Part shown: piece by piece, positions 27,637 to 37,095 of the stretch
Layout: each line of letters opens with the position of its first letter
Position numbering within the stretch: the stretch's first letter is position 1
Virus record (IMG/VR): IMGVR_UViG_3300044629_000431
Span: 32,001 to 96,000 of that record
Strand: one strand, 5' to 3'
DNA: 64,000 nucleotides
Origin: a virus
Notes under the pieces: generated by a model
Databases searched by the model: none
What the model saw: the letters and a program-made list of their open reading frames with translations, nothing else
Told to the model about the DNA's origin: nothing
Made by a program: the position numbers and the translations under genes

Positions 27637-28413
27637 ATGGAAAGAGGCATCATCTATCTCATTCTCAACAAGCAAACAGGTGAAAAATACGTCGGAAACA
27701 CCACACTTGCGATGAATAAAGAATGGGTACACCACATCGACCGTTCTAAAAGAATGTCATCTGAACCTTTACATAAGGCATTCAGACAATATGGTGTGCA
27801 TAACTTTATGATCAAAGAGTTAGATGAATACGATGATACCTGTTTAGAGAACAAACTCAATGAATGGATAGACAAATATAAACCTGAATACAATCTTATT
27901 GTTACTAATGTAGAAAAAACGGTAATCTCAATGCAGGAAAAGCGGGAACCCGTAGGGTTGAGCGATAGCGAGATACCTAAACCTAAAAAAGAAAGAACAT
28001 ATAAGTCATCACCACACCTTATACAATGGAATGAAGAGAATAGAGGAGATGGTAAACACTTTGGTATTAAAATAAGAGGTAAGAACTTAGATACTGGTTT
28101 ATGTACTGACTATGAAAATGCAAGAGTCGCAGCAGAACAAGTGACAGGTAATCCGCGAAACAATTCTAACATTCTACTTGCTGCCAAAACTGGTAGAACT
28201 GCATACGGATACAAATGGCAATTATTAGAAGAGAAGAAGAATAAAAGATCGGTATTTGGTGTCCATAAAAAAACGGGGTTGATTGGTCCCCGTTATGAAA
28301 GTATTAACGCTGCTGTTCGTGCCTTTGAATGTACTGATAAACACAGCATTCTCAAAAGTCTGAAGAACCCTGGTAAGTACAGTTGGAAGGGTTACTTTTG
28401 GTTCTTTGGTTGA
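27637..28413 (+). CDS. GIY-YIG (Seg-like) domain with two NUMOD1/IENR1-like repeats, probably nuclease-dead
   Basis: IIYLILNKQTGEKYVG..YG..NF..YN; C-terminal YENA..AA..YGYKW and YESI..A..KGYFW repeats. Confidence 0.8.
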   Translation: MERGIIYLILNKQTGEKYVGNTTLAMNKEWVHHIDRSKRMSSEPLHKAFRQYGVHNFMIKELDEYDDTCLENKLNEWIDKYKPEYNLIVTNVEKTVISMQEKREPVGLSDSEIPKPKKERTYKSSPHLIQWNEENRGDGKHFGIKIRGKNLDTGLCTDYENARVAAEQVTGNPRNNSNILLAAKTGRTAYGYKWQLLEEKKNKRSVFGVHKKTGLIGPRYESINAAVRAFECTDKHSILKSLKNPGKYSWKGYFWFFG

Positions 28414-28652
28414 ACTGTTGCCTTATACGGAACTTTACCAGTCTCGGTATACATCAGAATATCATACTTGAACTTGCATTCTAATGGACGTTCATTGCAC
28501 AACTTGAGTGTTTGATTGACCGTTGACTGATGTGTCACTGCACCAGAGAGTGAATATCCAATAAGTGTTGAAAGAATACAATAAACAGGTATCAGAAAAC
28601 TGGTACGATTTCTGAGTCTGTGTACCCTTGTTTCTTCACGTGTTGTTCCCAT
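28392..28652 (-). CDS. Hypothetical membrane protein
   Basis: 86 aa with a hydrophobic segment. Confidence 0.6.
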   Translation of the reverse strand: MGTTREETRVHRLRNRTSFLIPVYCILSTLIGYSLSGAVTHQSTVNQTLKLCNERPLECKFKYDILMYTETGKVPYKATVQPKNQK

Positions 28653-28670
28653 AATGATGCATCCTCAATG

Positions 28671-28913
28671 TTATAGAAAATTGCGGTTTGTTTGGTGATT
28701 TTGTTCTTCTTCAATTTGTAGTATACAACTTGGTATTTCATTGTCATTCCAATGTCGAATTACGCCTGCAATAATAAAAAGATTAGTGAGAAGATAAGTG
28801 CCGAATATAATAGTCCGTATATGAGCAACGTGGTCTGATTCTCTGTCATTCTTTGATGCCTTTTCGCCTAATGCCTTTGCCCAGAATCTCCATAATGTTT
28901 TTCTCTTCTTCAT
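28671..28913 (-). CDS. Conserved cyanophage membrane protein
   Basis: WRFWAKALGEKA...IRT...TNLFIIAGVIRHW. Confidence 0.7.
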   Translation of the reverse strand: MKKRKTLWRFWAKALGEKASKNDRESDHVAHIRTIIFGTYLLTNLFIIAGVIRHWNDNEIPSCILQIEEEQNHQTNRNFL

Positions 28914-29575
28914 GGAACTTTATAACGTTTGCCGATGTCAGGGTTGTATGGAAGTAGGTCTGCTTCAATCTTTATTTCCTTTTGCTTTTCTTTTGTGGTT
29001 CTTGTATCCAGAACATTGGTATTCATTAACTTTGGAGCAGTCATTTGTTCTGGTACATAAGAGTCTGCCAGACCAACACCAGTTGATGTTCTCATTCCTG
29101 GTCGATACTTGAGTTGAGCAGTGAGTGGAATCTTATCCTGGTTGCGGTCATAGGCAGCAGCCATTCTTGCAGATAATGTTGCTTTGACTGGTGTTGCTTT
29201 TTCTTTTGCCTGTTGAATCTTTGCTAGAAAGTCTTTGAATGTTGTTTGTGTTCCAGTTCTTAATGCTTGACCTGATGAATACCGTTCTCTTTCGGAGGCA
29301 GAAGATTCAGATGGTTTTGGTTGTGCAACTGGTTTTGCTTGTGGTGCCTGAGCAACTGGTTTTGGTGTCACACCAAACTGTGAAAGACGTGACTTTAACT
29401 CTGCCTGAAAGTTCTTGAATGATCTCCAGTCACTTGTTGTTTTTGGTGATGTGATCTGTGCTCCAGAAGAGTGCTTCCAAATGTTGTGCTTTCCCGTATC
29501 ACGCACAAGTTCAAATCCTTTCTCAAGGGCATGTTTTGCAAACGGGTCTTTTCTGCCTTCTTGTATGTCGTTCAC
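28910..29575 (-). CDS. HicA-like domain protein with a long low-complexity tail
   Basis: GFELVRDTGKHNIWKH..G..I..PKTTSD; ATAAATA late promoter near 29603. Confidence 0.6.
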   Translation of the reverse strand: MNDIQEGRKDPFAKHALEKGFELVRDTGKHNIWKHSSGAQITSPKTTSDWRSFKNFQAELKSRLSQFGVTPKPVAQAPQAKPVAQPKPSESSASERERYSSGQALRTGTQTTFKDFLAKIQQAKEKATPVKATLSARMAAAYDRNQDKIPLTAQLKYRPGMRTSTGVGLADSYVPEQMTAPKLMNTNVLDTRTTKEKQKEIKIEADLLPYNPDIGKRYKVP

Positions 29576-29826
29576 TACTTCTCTGAAAGAATCTCTTCTG
29601 AATATTTATCAGTACGGTATCCGACATACTCTAATTGACTCCACTGTTCTTTGTAACAAAGCACAAGCACTCTGTTGTTTTTGTGCAGTGAACATGCTTG
29701 AATGTTTTGTTCATCTTTTGGAAACACATTGGTCTCAATGGTGATGTACTCCTTATCGGCAAAGTATACCCACCCCTCAACACCTTTGGTCCATGAAACA
29801 TAGTCATTCAAACTGGGTTTATACAT
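29575..29826 (-). CDS. Conserved cyanophage hypothetical protein
   Basis: YKPSLNDYV.W...EGWVYF; start at MYKP. Confidence 0.7.
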   Translation of the reverse strand: MYKPSLNDYVSWTKGVEGWVYFADKEYITIETNVFPKDEQNIQACSLHKNNRVLVLCYKEQWSQLEYVGYRTDKYSEEILSEK

Positions 29827-30148
29827 ACGCTGCTTCAAGTGGAGTTTGCTTTGGAATCATTGCAGAATACGGTGTTGTGTTTCCTATATCCACCGACTGT
29901 CCAATGGTTTTGGAGTTGATGGGGGAATAATAGGTTCTTGTTTTTGTGTTGTAGAACCCCCAGATACAACGGACGGGATCACCAAGATTGTAGTCAAACC
30001 GACGCTGATAATGAATCCAGATAGCAATAACATTGCGTTTAAACTCTGTTTGCTCATAATACATTCTTTTGGGTGCCTTATGGGGAAACTCAAGCATCGA
30101 CAACGGCACGGAGACGGTTTGGATTGTATCCTTCGGCAATGAGGTCAT
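29819..30148 (-). CDS. Conserved cyanophage hypothetical protein
   Basis: FPHKAP...IWGFYNTK...TTPYSAM. Confidence 0.75.
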   Translation of the reverse strand: MTSLPKDTIQTVSVPLSMLEFPHKAPKRMYYEQTEFKRNVIAIWIHYQRRFDYNLGDPVRCIWGFYNTKTRTYYSPINSKTIGQSVDIGNTTPYSAMIPKQTPLEAAYV

Positions 30149-30256
30149 TTAACTTTGCACTTGCTTGTTCTTTGGTCAGTTGAACAGTATCAACATCCAC
30201 CAGTTCCCAACCGCTGGTGGTCAGTTCTTCAAGACGATAAAGTTTTTCCATGGTTA

Positions 30257-30487
30257 TCAGGTCGTAAATGCATCAATGATACCAGATTCATACTCATCCA
30301 CAAGAGCAAACTTTTGTGCCTTGACAACGTTTGGCATAATCAGATTCTGATAACGTTCATCAAAACCTTCTTCTTCTGCAAGAAGTTCAAATGCTTCCGT
30401 GTCATTCTCAGCAATCAGTGAAACGACTCCACCATACTCAGAAGATGGAAACGGAACCCAGTAGTCAACAATGTAAAGAGATTTCAT
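30257..30487 (-). CDS. Conserved cyanophage hypothetical protein
   Basis: YIVDYWVPFPSSEYGG motif. Confidence 0.75.
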   Translation of the reverse strand: MKSLYIVDYWVPFPSSEYGGVVSLIAENDTEAFELLAEEEGFDERYQNLIMPNVVKAQKFALVDEYESGIIDAFTT

Positions 30488-30500
30488 TGGTATGTGTAAA

Positions 30501-30683
30501 TTACTCCTTTATTTTAGTATGACGCTCAGTGTTTGTCAAGTTTGCAAGTTGTCTTTGAATCTCAAACTTGACGGGAAACAAATGTGATGAAAAGAAACCA
30601 GCATACTGCCCATCCTTGAGAAGATTGTAAATGTTCTCAACCTGCATCTGTGCCAGAATGAGTTTTGTCTTCTGGTCCATCAA
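30501..30683 (-). CDS. Hypothetical protein
   Basis: 60-aa ORF overlapping its neighbour. Confidence 0.6.
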   Translation of the reverse strand: MMDQKTKLILAQMQVENIYNLLKDGQYAGFFSSHLFPVKFEIQRQLANLTNTERHTKIKE

Positions 30684-30862
30684 ACAAACTCCTGAATGTA
30701 GTAGTCTACGGTGACTTCCAGTTCTGCTGCTTTTTGTTCATAAAAGTTGTCAGTGTACTGCTGGGCAGCGACCCATGCTTGATGGTTAAACTGTTCGACC
30801 TCAGCATGTTTCATAAAGTCTTCAAATGCGTTCATAAACTGTTTAATGTCCTCGTCGTTCAT
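30680..30862 (-). CDS. Hypothetical protein
   Basis: YEQKAAELEVTVDYYIQEF motif common in cyanophages. Confidence 0.7.
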   Translation of the reverse strand: MNDEDIKQFMNAFEDFMKHAEVEQFNHQAWVAAQQYTDNFYEQKAAELEVTVDYYIQEFV

Positions 30863-31007
30863 TTTGCGTAGCGGCAGTTAGGGTGAGGTGCAGGAAGTTC
30901 GGCACATGCTTTATCATATGCCTTGAACAGTTCTTGGTCACGTTTGATGAGAACACCGTTCCACATCAAAATAGCAATGAAAGCGAGAAAGATGTAAGAG
31001 GTCTTCA

Positions 31008-31268
31008 TCAGCAGGCACCGTAGAAAGGATTGCCAAGTTGAGGCAGGTTGGAGTTGTCACGGGTCTCAGTGTAACCAAGTGCCACACGCTCACGGATGTC
31101 CAGCAGCATCTCCACACGGTTCAGAAACTTCTTCGACACTTGACCGTGAGGAGCAAAGGTAACAGCACGGAGAAACCACTCTTTGCTGATGTCACCGTAG
31201 GGGGTCTTGACGGGGTAGAAGTCAACAACCATGTTACCGTCCTTGCTGGTCAGTTGAGGCGTTTGCAT
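31008..31268 (-). CDS. Early hypothetical protein
   Basis: 86 aa behind a TATAAT promoter. Confidence 0.7.
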   Translation of the reverse strand: MQTPQLTSKDGNMVVDFYPVKTPYGDISKEWFLRAVTFAPHGQVSKKFLNRVEMLLDIRERVALGYTETRDNSNLPQLGNPFYGAC

Positions 31269-31277
31269 CGGGTCTTC

Positions 31278-31302
31278 CCCTTGACTACCTTAGTATTATA
31301 GG
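31278..31302. repeat. 25-bp exact direct repeat (promoter -10 and leader), second copy at 32748-32772
   Basis: CCCTTGACTACCTTAGTATTATAGG occurs twice. Confidence 0.9.
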
Positions 31303-31506
31303 TCAGAAGGACGGCACCACGTCGTTCCGTAGACCAGTTTGCGAAGTGTCCATCTGCTCAAACACCGTGTAAAGTTTGTTATACAGTGCTGGCACACTTC
31401 CATATTCTCTTGCGATTTGATGTTCTTCCCTGACTCCAAGTAACTGCAGTGCAGATAGAATCACACCAATTTCATGAACATTCAGTTGTACAGTTGTTTC
31501 AGTCAT
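31303..31506 (-). CDS. Hypothetical protein
   Basis: ORF track, start trimmed to MTETT. Confidence 0.65.
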   Translation of the reverse strand: MTETTVQLNVHEIGVILSALQLLGVREEHQIAREYGSVPALYNKLYTVFEQMDTSQTGLRNDVVPSF

Positions 31507-31511
31507 TGTTA

Positions 31512-31892
31512 TCAGTCCCAAGATACGTTTTGAAGTAAGAAACCAGGCATTACCATTGACCAGGCACCCTGCTCACCAGTACCACTAATTTTATATTCCC
31601 ATTTATAGGCAAACTTATTATGACTGTCCCAAGTCATAAAACCTTTCTCCTTATCAAACCAGGATTTGATGGTCAGACCAAACCGATTGGAGTAAATGTT
31701 ACGGGTTCGCAGTGCTCCACCAGTCTCACGGGTTTCTACAACCTTACAGGTATCAAACTGAGCCTGAAGACCTGCATCCAGGGCACAAGGAGTTTCATAC
31801 ACAAATGGACGATAGACTTTCGGTTTTTGTGTAGTCTGTGCCAGTGCTGGAGAAGTCAGCAACAAAGTAGCGGCAAGTGCAAGCAGTTTCAT
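31512..31892 (-). CDS. Exported protein with a signal peptide
   Basis: MKLLALAATLLLTSPALA|Q classic signal peptide. Confidence 0.75.
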   Translation of the reverse strand: MKLLALAATLLLTSPALAQTTQKPKVYRPFVYETPCALDAGLQAQFDTCKVVETRETGGALRTRNIYSNRFGLTIKSWFDKEKGFMTWDSHNKFAYKWEYKISGTGEQGAWSMVMPGFLLQNVSWD

Positions 31893-32116
31893 TCAAACTC
31901 TCCAGTGCGATTATGTGGTTTAGAGTTTTTGAGTGAATAAACTTCTGTGCTCAATGTTTGAACGGCACTATACAGATTGCTTTCGACTTGATTCACTTTA
32001 TACTCAAGGTTTCCCATCTGACGATACAGATTCAAACAAAGTAAAAGGTTACCTGTGATGCCAATGACGATTGACCATCCGATAAGTTGCTCAAGTCGTT
32101 CTTCACTCAGTTTCAT
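31889..32116 (-). CDS. Membrane-anchored coiled-coil hypothetical protein
   Basis: ORF track, start trimmed to MKLSEE. Confidence 0.55.
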   Translation of the reverse strand: MKLSEERLEQLIGWSIVIGITGNLLLCLNLYRQMGNLEYKVNQVESNLYSAVQTLSTEVYSLKNSKPHNRTGEFE

Positions 32117-32765
32117 ATGACTCCTCTTTGACAAGTTCCAGATAATTATAACCAATCAATTGACGCCCTGCGTGGGTGCTGGTATTAACCTTCACACCTT
32201 CACTCTCCAGTTTCTCAATGCGACGGTTAGTGGCATTATTCAGTTTGGGTGTCCAAAAGTTACTCATAGTTTTCCTCCTGTTTTGTTATATTCTATCATA
32301 TATCTGCGGGCAGCGTAAGCCTCAAACTCAGATGGAAATGATGCGATGGTCCTGTTGGTATCAGTCCAGACAAGATACCATCGCTTTGCAAACTGTTTGA
32401 TGTAAATGGGTTTCATACAGAAGCAGTCACGGTGATTTCTTTAACGTTCAACCCACAAAGTTGAGAATAGACACGGTTGCAGATGATTGTAGATGCTTTC
32501 TTTGCTCTGGATTTCTCATACCAGACGGTCACACAACCGTCGTAGGTTTCAACTTGAACGCGATACTTGCTCATTGTTCAGTCCTCAGGGTAGAGTTTCC
32601 AACCATCAGGGCGAATGCCCAGTTCTTCACAACGCACCTCATAAACAATGCGCTTCAGAAGTTGAAGAGGCATTTCATTCTCAATCGTTTTCTGAATGGT
32701 GCGGCGGAGTTGGGCGTCTGTGGTGGTGTCGGTGACCATTGTGGTTTCCCTTGACTACCTTAGTA

Positions 32766-33638
32766 TTATAGGGCACCCAGAGCGGTCTCAAGAGGGTTCT
32801 GTGCCACTTGTCCAGCTGGCACAAAGTTGGTCACCAGCACTTCCGCTACATCTAGCGTAGAAGTCCCTCTACCTGCGGTATACTTAGCGGTCATATCGTA
32901 AATGTTACATCCAGGAAAATGTTTCTCATAGAAACCATCATGAATGTCTTTGTTGGAGTATGCGAAATGACCATTATGTGAGGTCAGTAGGTTACACAAT
33001 TGAATTTGATGGTCTTCGGTGAACCCACCCTGATACAGAACCACACTGTCCCGATACGGAGGGTCTGCATACACAAAATCTCCATCTTGTAACGGAACGT
33101 TCTCAAATGACTCATTTAGCATCTCACAACGCTGAAATAGTTTTGCCACTTCACGGATGTTAGTTTCATTGAAGAAACCCTCTTTCTGCAGACAAGTTCC
33201 AGGTGGAGTAGAATATCTGTGATTGCATTTGATGTATGCTTTCCACATTCCGTTGAAGTTTACCTGCAGCATAAACAGCAGCAGACCAGAATAGGTAATA
33301 TCATCCTGCTCAGTCATGCAATACTTCTCACGCAGTTCGTAATAGTATTCCTTACGCTCTTCTGGTGTTTTGGTCAACCATACCTGCACACATTCATTCC
33401 AGACGCTGATAACATCATTCGTATTGGTCTTGATGTTGCGATACATCAGAATGAGTTCACTGTTGAAATCATTGATGACCAGTTCTGCATTTGGATAACG
33501 TTCTGCGACCCACAGCAAGTTAGTGAGACCACCACAGAACAGGTCAACATAACGGGTGACTTTTTCGGGGTAAAACAAGTCAGCATATTGCTTTGCCATA
33601 CGCTGTTTGCTGCCTGTCCATTTGAAGAGTGGTTTCAT
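32766..33638 (-). CDS. DNA adenine methyltransferase, D12/Dam family
   Basis: KWTGSK, YVDLFCGG (motif I), INDFN, VYADPPY (motif IV); own TTGATG-17-TATAAT promoter at 33662-33690. Confidence 0.92.
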   Translation of the reverse strand: MKPLFKWTGSKQRMAKQYADLFYPEKVTRYVDLFCGGLTNLLWVAERYPNAELVINDFNSELILMYRNIKTNTNDVISVWNECVQVWLTKTPEERKEYYYELREKYCMTEQDDITYSGLLLFMLQVNFNGMWKAYIKCNHRYSTPPGTCLQKEGFFNETNIREVAKLFQRCEMLNESFENVPLQDGDFVYADPPYRDSVVLYQGGFTEDHQIQLCNLLTSHNGHFAYSNKDIHDGFYEKHFPGCNIYDMTAKYTAGRGTSTLDVAEVLVTNFVPAGQVAQNPLETALGAL

Positions 33639-33673
33639 AGTAATAGCAAGATAATTGATCTATTATAGCAGAA

Positions 33674-34534
33674 TTAAATCTTTACATCAACATATCCATC
33701 AGCGACTGCTTGAGTGCAGTTGAGTCGAACAAGTTTCGGATAAAACCTCAAACCAAGTCCATTCAAGTTATTTACGTCAACAATGTTAACGACTTTTTTA
33801 GTTTCTGGGTTAAAGTAAAAAATATTATACCAACCATCAATCTCTTTGTAACGCTTAAGTGCAAACTTACCGATAACATTATTAAATTCTTCTTTATTGG
33901 TATAGCACTCTGCCAGGTCTTCAGCAAGTTGAGTTACATCAACACCAGGATAAAGTTCAGTAAAATAATCAAGATATTGTTTTTGAGGATTTGATACTGA
34001 TGCAACATGTGCAAGAAAATCTTTTTTCAAATATGCACCAGGTTTATTACCATCAAAATATTTGCGATTCAGTTCATCAACCAAACCTTTGTCCGTTATG
34101 CCAGTTTTGATAACTTTAAGACTTGAATTACTTTTTTTAACTTCAGTTTTACCTTTTTTGTGAAGACCATCATTATCGCCATGACTAAAAGAATAATCCT
34201 TAAGAATAAAGGCAAGAGCATACTCACCAATACCAATAGATCTTGTAGTAATATTAACTATAACTTCAAACAAATGGGGAAAAATAGGATCATTTTTCAA
34301 ATTATCCGAAATGATATCGTTAATATCTTTACGGAAATTCTCATCAAAAATAGAAATATCAGTCAAATTTGAATCATCTTCCATCAGAGTAAGAGTGTTC
34401 TCTGGATCACCACCAAATTCTTCCTTGAAGAGCATCATAAATGCCAAAATAGTTTCTGGCAGTTCTTTACTATCAATACCCTTCTTCTTACAGAGAGCAC
34501 AAATTCTTGCACGAAGTTCTTGAACAGTAGTCAT
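33674..34534 (-). CDS. Putative PD-(D/E)XK restriction-endonuclease-like protein (286 aa)
   Basis: IGIGEYAL...GDND......EVKK; AT-rich; immediately upstream of the methyltransferase. Confidence 0.6.
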   Translation of the reverse strand: MTTVQELRARICALCKKKGIDSKELPETILAFMMLFKEEFGGDPENTLTLMEDDSNLTDISIFDENFRKDINDIISDNLKNDPIFPHLFEVIVNITTRSIGIGEYALAFILKDYSFSHGDNDGLHKKGKTEVKKSNSSLKVIKTGITDKGLVDELNRKYFDGNKPGAYLKKDFLAHVASVSNPQKQYLDYFTELYPGVDVTQLAEDLAECYTNKEEFNNVIGKFALKRYKEIDGWYNIFYFNPETKKVVNIVDVNNLNGLGLRFYPKLVRLNCTQAVADGYVDVKI

Positions 34535-34557
34535 GGTAATTTTTGAGTATCTCAATA

Positions 34558-35034
34558 TTATACACCAACCATCAGGCGGTTGGGGAAGAACTGTGCCACT
34601 TGATGATCCGTCCACCCATTCTTCTCAAACAGGTACTCAAGATATAGGGTTTCTTCTTGCTCTCGTGCCTCAATTTCGTGTGGTTGATGCCAATAGTCGT
34701 AATTTTCGACGGGTTCTTTACCATAATACATTTTTCCACGCTTGGACCGCAGCGAACCCACTACCCACTGCCGCAGATGGACCAGTTCGTGCAAAAGAGT
34801 TTTTATATACAACTCCTCCTCCATATGGGTCTGAAGTTCAATAAGAAACTCACGGGGACGATAGGATTCACCCACATAGTCACAGTAACCATAAACTTCC
34901 TCACGTTTCAGACCACGATGAAGAATCTCTACCTCAATTTTATGACGGGGCAGAAACTTATTCAGAAACCAAGTGGTAACGTCCTCACAGAGGAGTTTAG
35001 AATAACCGTATCCAGAATACGTGATGTAAGACAT
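34558..35034 (-). CDS. Zn metallopeptidase-like protein (HEXXH)
   Basis: TLLHELVHLRQW and Y..QPHEIEA. Confidence 0.8.
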   Translation of the reverse strand: MSYITYSGYGYSKLLCEDVTTWFLNKFLPRHKIEVEILHRGLKREEVYGYCDYVGESYRPREFLIELQTHMEEELYIKTLLHELVHLRQWVVGSLRSKRGKMYYGKEPVENYDYWHQPHEIEAREQEETLYLEYLFEKNGWTDHQVAQFFPNRLMVGV

Positions 35035-35168
35035 TGACCCCAGTGCAAAAACCAAACGAAGGATGAAACAAAAAGAAGTTTTTCTTTAGCAGTCATCGGG
35101 TGTTTCAATTAATTTTCCAACGATTACTGCAACAGGAATAGAAAGTAAAATCCATAAAAGTATCCAAG

Positions 35169-35405
35169 TCATCGGGCAATAATATCCAGAGACTCCAGCA
35201 GCATCATAGCAAGTTCCACTTGGTTGTCCTCATCAACCACAGGAATGTTGGCATCCACAAATTCACTTGCCAGTTCGTGAAGCAACTCACACATTCTCTC
35301 ATCAGCGTGTGCAAAGGTAGCAAACTCACTCTTGAAACCGTTGCACAGAAGGCGCAGAGACTTGGTGACAGTCAGTTCGTTGATTTCTTTAGCAGCGTCA
35401 AACAT
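35169..35405 (-). CDS. Hypothetical protein
   Basis: ORF-track entry trimmed to follow the promoter at 35433. Confidence 0.65.
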   Translation of the reverse strand: MFDAAKEINELTVTKSLRLLCNGFKSEFATFAHADERMCELLHELASEFVDANIPVVDEDNQVELAMMLLESLDIIAR

Positions 35406-35487
35406 TTGAGGAGTGGTGTTGAACATGATGTTATTATAGGGCATCTGGGGTGCCGTGAAGCACCCACTGTGCCAGTTTTCCAAGTGG

Positions 35488-35928
35488 TCAGCGAGCATAC
35501 AAATAAGAACCTGCCCAGTCAGCATGTTGAAGCAACCATTCACGCTGCTCGATGATACGAAGGTCGAATCGAACACCTTTGGCAGGTGCTTTCCAACTAG
35601 CAGACTTATACACTTGACCAGTCTTCTTATCTACAAAAGCGTGGACAGAACGCGAACCATTCGCATTCATAATGATCTTGTGATACTTACGACCAGTCTC
35701 AGGAAAAAAGTCATAATCACAAGTGCCCTGCTTCAGTTTATCAATTTGCTTCTGGTGATACTCATGAGTATCAGCGTCATCAATAAACTTTTGATGAGAC
35801 TTGATGCTGTAATCAATGTAGTTCTGCCGCAGTGCCTCACAGAGAGCATAGGTATGCCCCAGAACAGCAGCAGCAATGTCTTTCCGTGCCTCAGCAGCAG
35901 CGGCGTAGTCAGCGAAGGTGGTGGTCAT
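35488..35928 (-). CDS. Conserved T4-like early protein
   Basis: GRKYHKII...SVHAFVDKKTG.VYK.ASWKAPAKGVRF. Confidence 0.8.
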   Translation of the reverse strand: MTTTFADYAAAAEARKDIAAAVLGHTYALCEALRQNYIDYSIKSHQKFIDDADTHEYHQKQIDKLKQGTCDYDFFPETGRKYHKIIMNANGSRSVHAFVDKKTGQVYKSASWKAPAKGVRFDLRIIEQREWLLQHADWAGSYLYAR

Positions 35929-36147
35929 TGCTTGGTTGCGTATGAACGTATTATAGCGGCACCTAGGCACCGCTGAGGGGGTCAGTATGCCAGTTCAGGA
36001 TCTGGCACCCAGTAGTCGTCTTCTCCTAAGTATCCCATCCAATCTTGGGGGTCAGAATCATACATTGCGATTTCACGCAGTTCATCCATCAGTTCAGACA
36101 GGTCCATAATGATCCTCAACTACTTGGGTATTATAGCAGAAAGCGGA

Positions 36148-36561
36148 CTAAACCGCCAGTGCTCCAGAAGGAATCTCTACAACTTCAGGCAGTTTGCTAT
36201 CATCAAACTGGTGCATATTGTAGCAGACCCATTCACCACTACGGAAGACATATGCAAACTCTTCGCTGTTGTCGGGCAGAAGATATTCACACAGGTCAGC
36301 ATCAAGGCGAGGAGGAGTATCTTCGCCACGATAAGAGTAGTAGTTAGCACCATATTGGGTTTTCTGATCGGACCCAAACACTTCATCAGTCCAGGCACAG
36401 GACATATCACCACCGTCAATCAGTTCGGCAGCAAGTTCTTTGCTATTGTAGTGCGTCTTCAGGATGCGACCCAACCAAGCTTCATAACCATCCCAGTGGT
36501 GATAGGCAGACAGGATAGAACCATCAGCAAGTTCAAGACCGATGCGAGCGCGAGTTGCCAT
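36148..36561 (-). CDS. Conserved phage early protein
   Basis: MATRARIG...YHHWDGY...GDMS...EEFAYVF. Confidence 0.8.
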   Translation of the reverse strand: MATRARIGLELADGSILSAYHHWDGYEAWLGRILKTHYNSKELAAELIDGGDMSCAWTDEVFGSDQKTQYGANYYSYRGEDTPPRLDADLCEYLLPDNSEEFAYVFRSGEWVCYNMHQFDDSKLPEVVEIPSGALAV

Positions 36562-36587
36562 TGGGGGCGTTTGTTGATTACCCATAT

Positions 36588-36647
36588 ATTATAAGGGGTC
36601 TCCCAGCGAACCAGGAGACCCCTTGTGCCAGTTTTTCAACTGTCCTC
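36588..36647 (-). promoter_or_regulatory. Representative early promoter module: palindrome, stem-loop, TATAAT
   Basis: TGTGCCAG..CTGTCC at 36624; hairpin AAGGGGTCTCC/GGAGACCCCTT; -10 at 36588-36593. Confidence 0.8.
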
Positions 36648-36858
36648 AGTCATCATAAACTCTACACTCTAATGCATCAGGATTGGCATCACAATAAAGC
36701 TCCAATGGCGTAGGGTCATGGTCATCATCAGGATGTTTTGCTTTGTATGCTTCTAGTGCCTCAAGTTCCTCTTCAGTATGTCTCCGTGCCTGAGGTGATG
36801 TTTGTGGATCATTCAGAATACTAATATCTTTCTGAATATGTTGATCGATATTGTCCAT
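36646..36858 (-). CDS. cp12: Calvin cycle inhibitor CP12
   Basis: C-terminal LELYCDANPDALECRVYDD; ATAAATA motif upstream. Confidence 0.93.
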   Translation of the reverse strand: MDNIDQHIQKDISILNDPQTSPQARRHTEEELEALEAYKAKHPDDDHDPTPLELYCDANPDALECRVYDD

Positions 36859-36888
36859 AGTTTTGTATCTTGTTGATATATTTATTTT

Positions 36889-37095
36889 TTATTCGCTTAA
36901 AGAAGAACCTCTCCAGTTCTTAGGAGGGGGAGGATCACACTTACCTTCAAGTGAGCGAACCATTAGTTCGGTGAACTTTTCCATTTTTTCCGCAGAAACT
37001 GTTTGTGGAGCATATGTAATTGCGTCTTTAAGTGCCACAAGTTCATCCCATTCTTCTTTTGTAAGAACTTCTGTGCCAGTTTTTGCGAGAGTCAT
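36889..37095 (-). CDS. Hypothetical protein
   Basis: 68-aa ORF. Confidence 0.7.
   Translation of the reverse strand: MTLAKTGTEVLTKEEWDELVALKDAITYAPQTVSAEKMEKFTELMVRSLEGKCDPPPPKNWRGSSLSE

Noticed and set aside
20438-36585. Long N-terminal extensions given by the track for several early ORFs
   Set aside because: They run through promoter modules or non-coding tracts; downstream ATGs were used instead.
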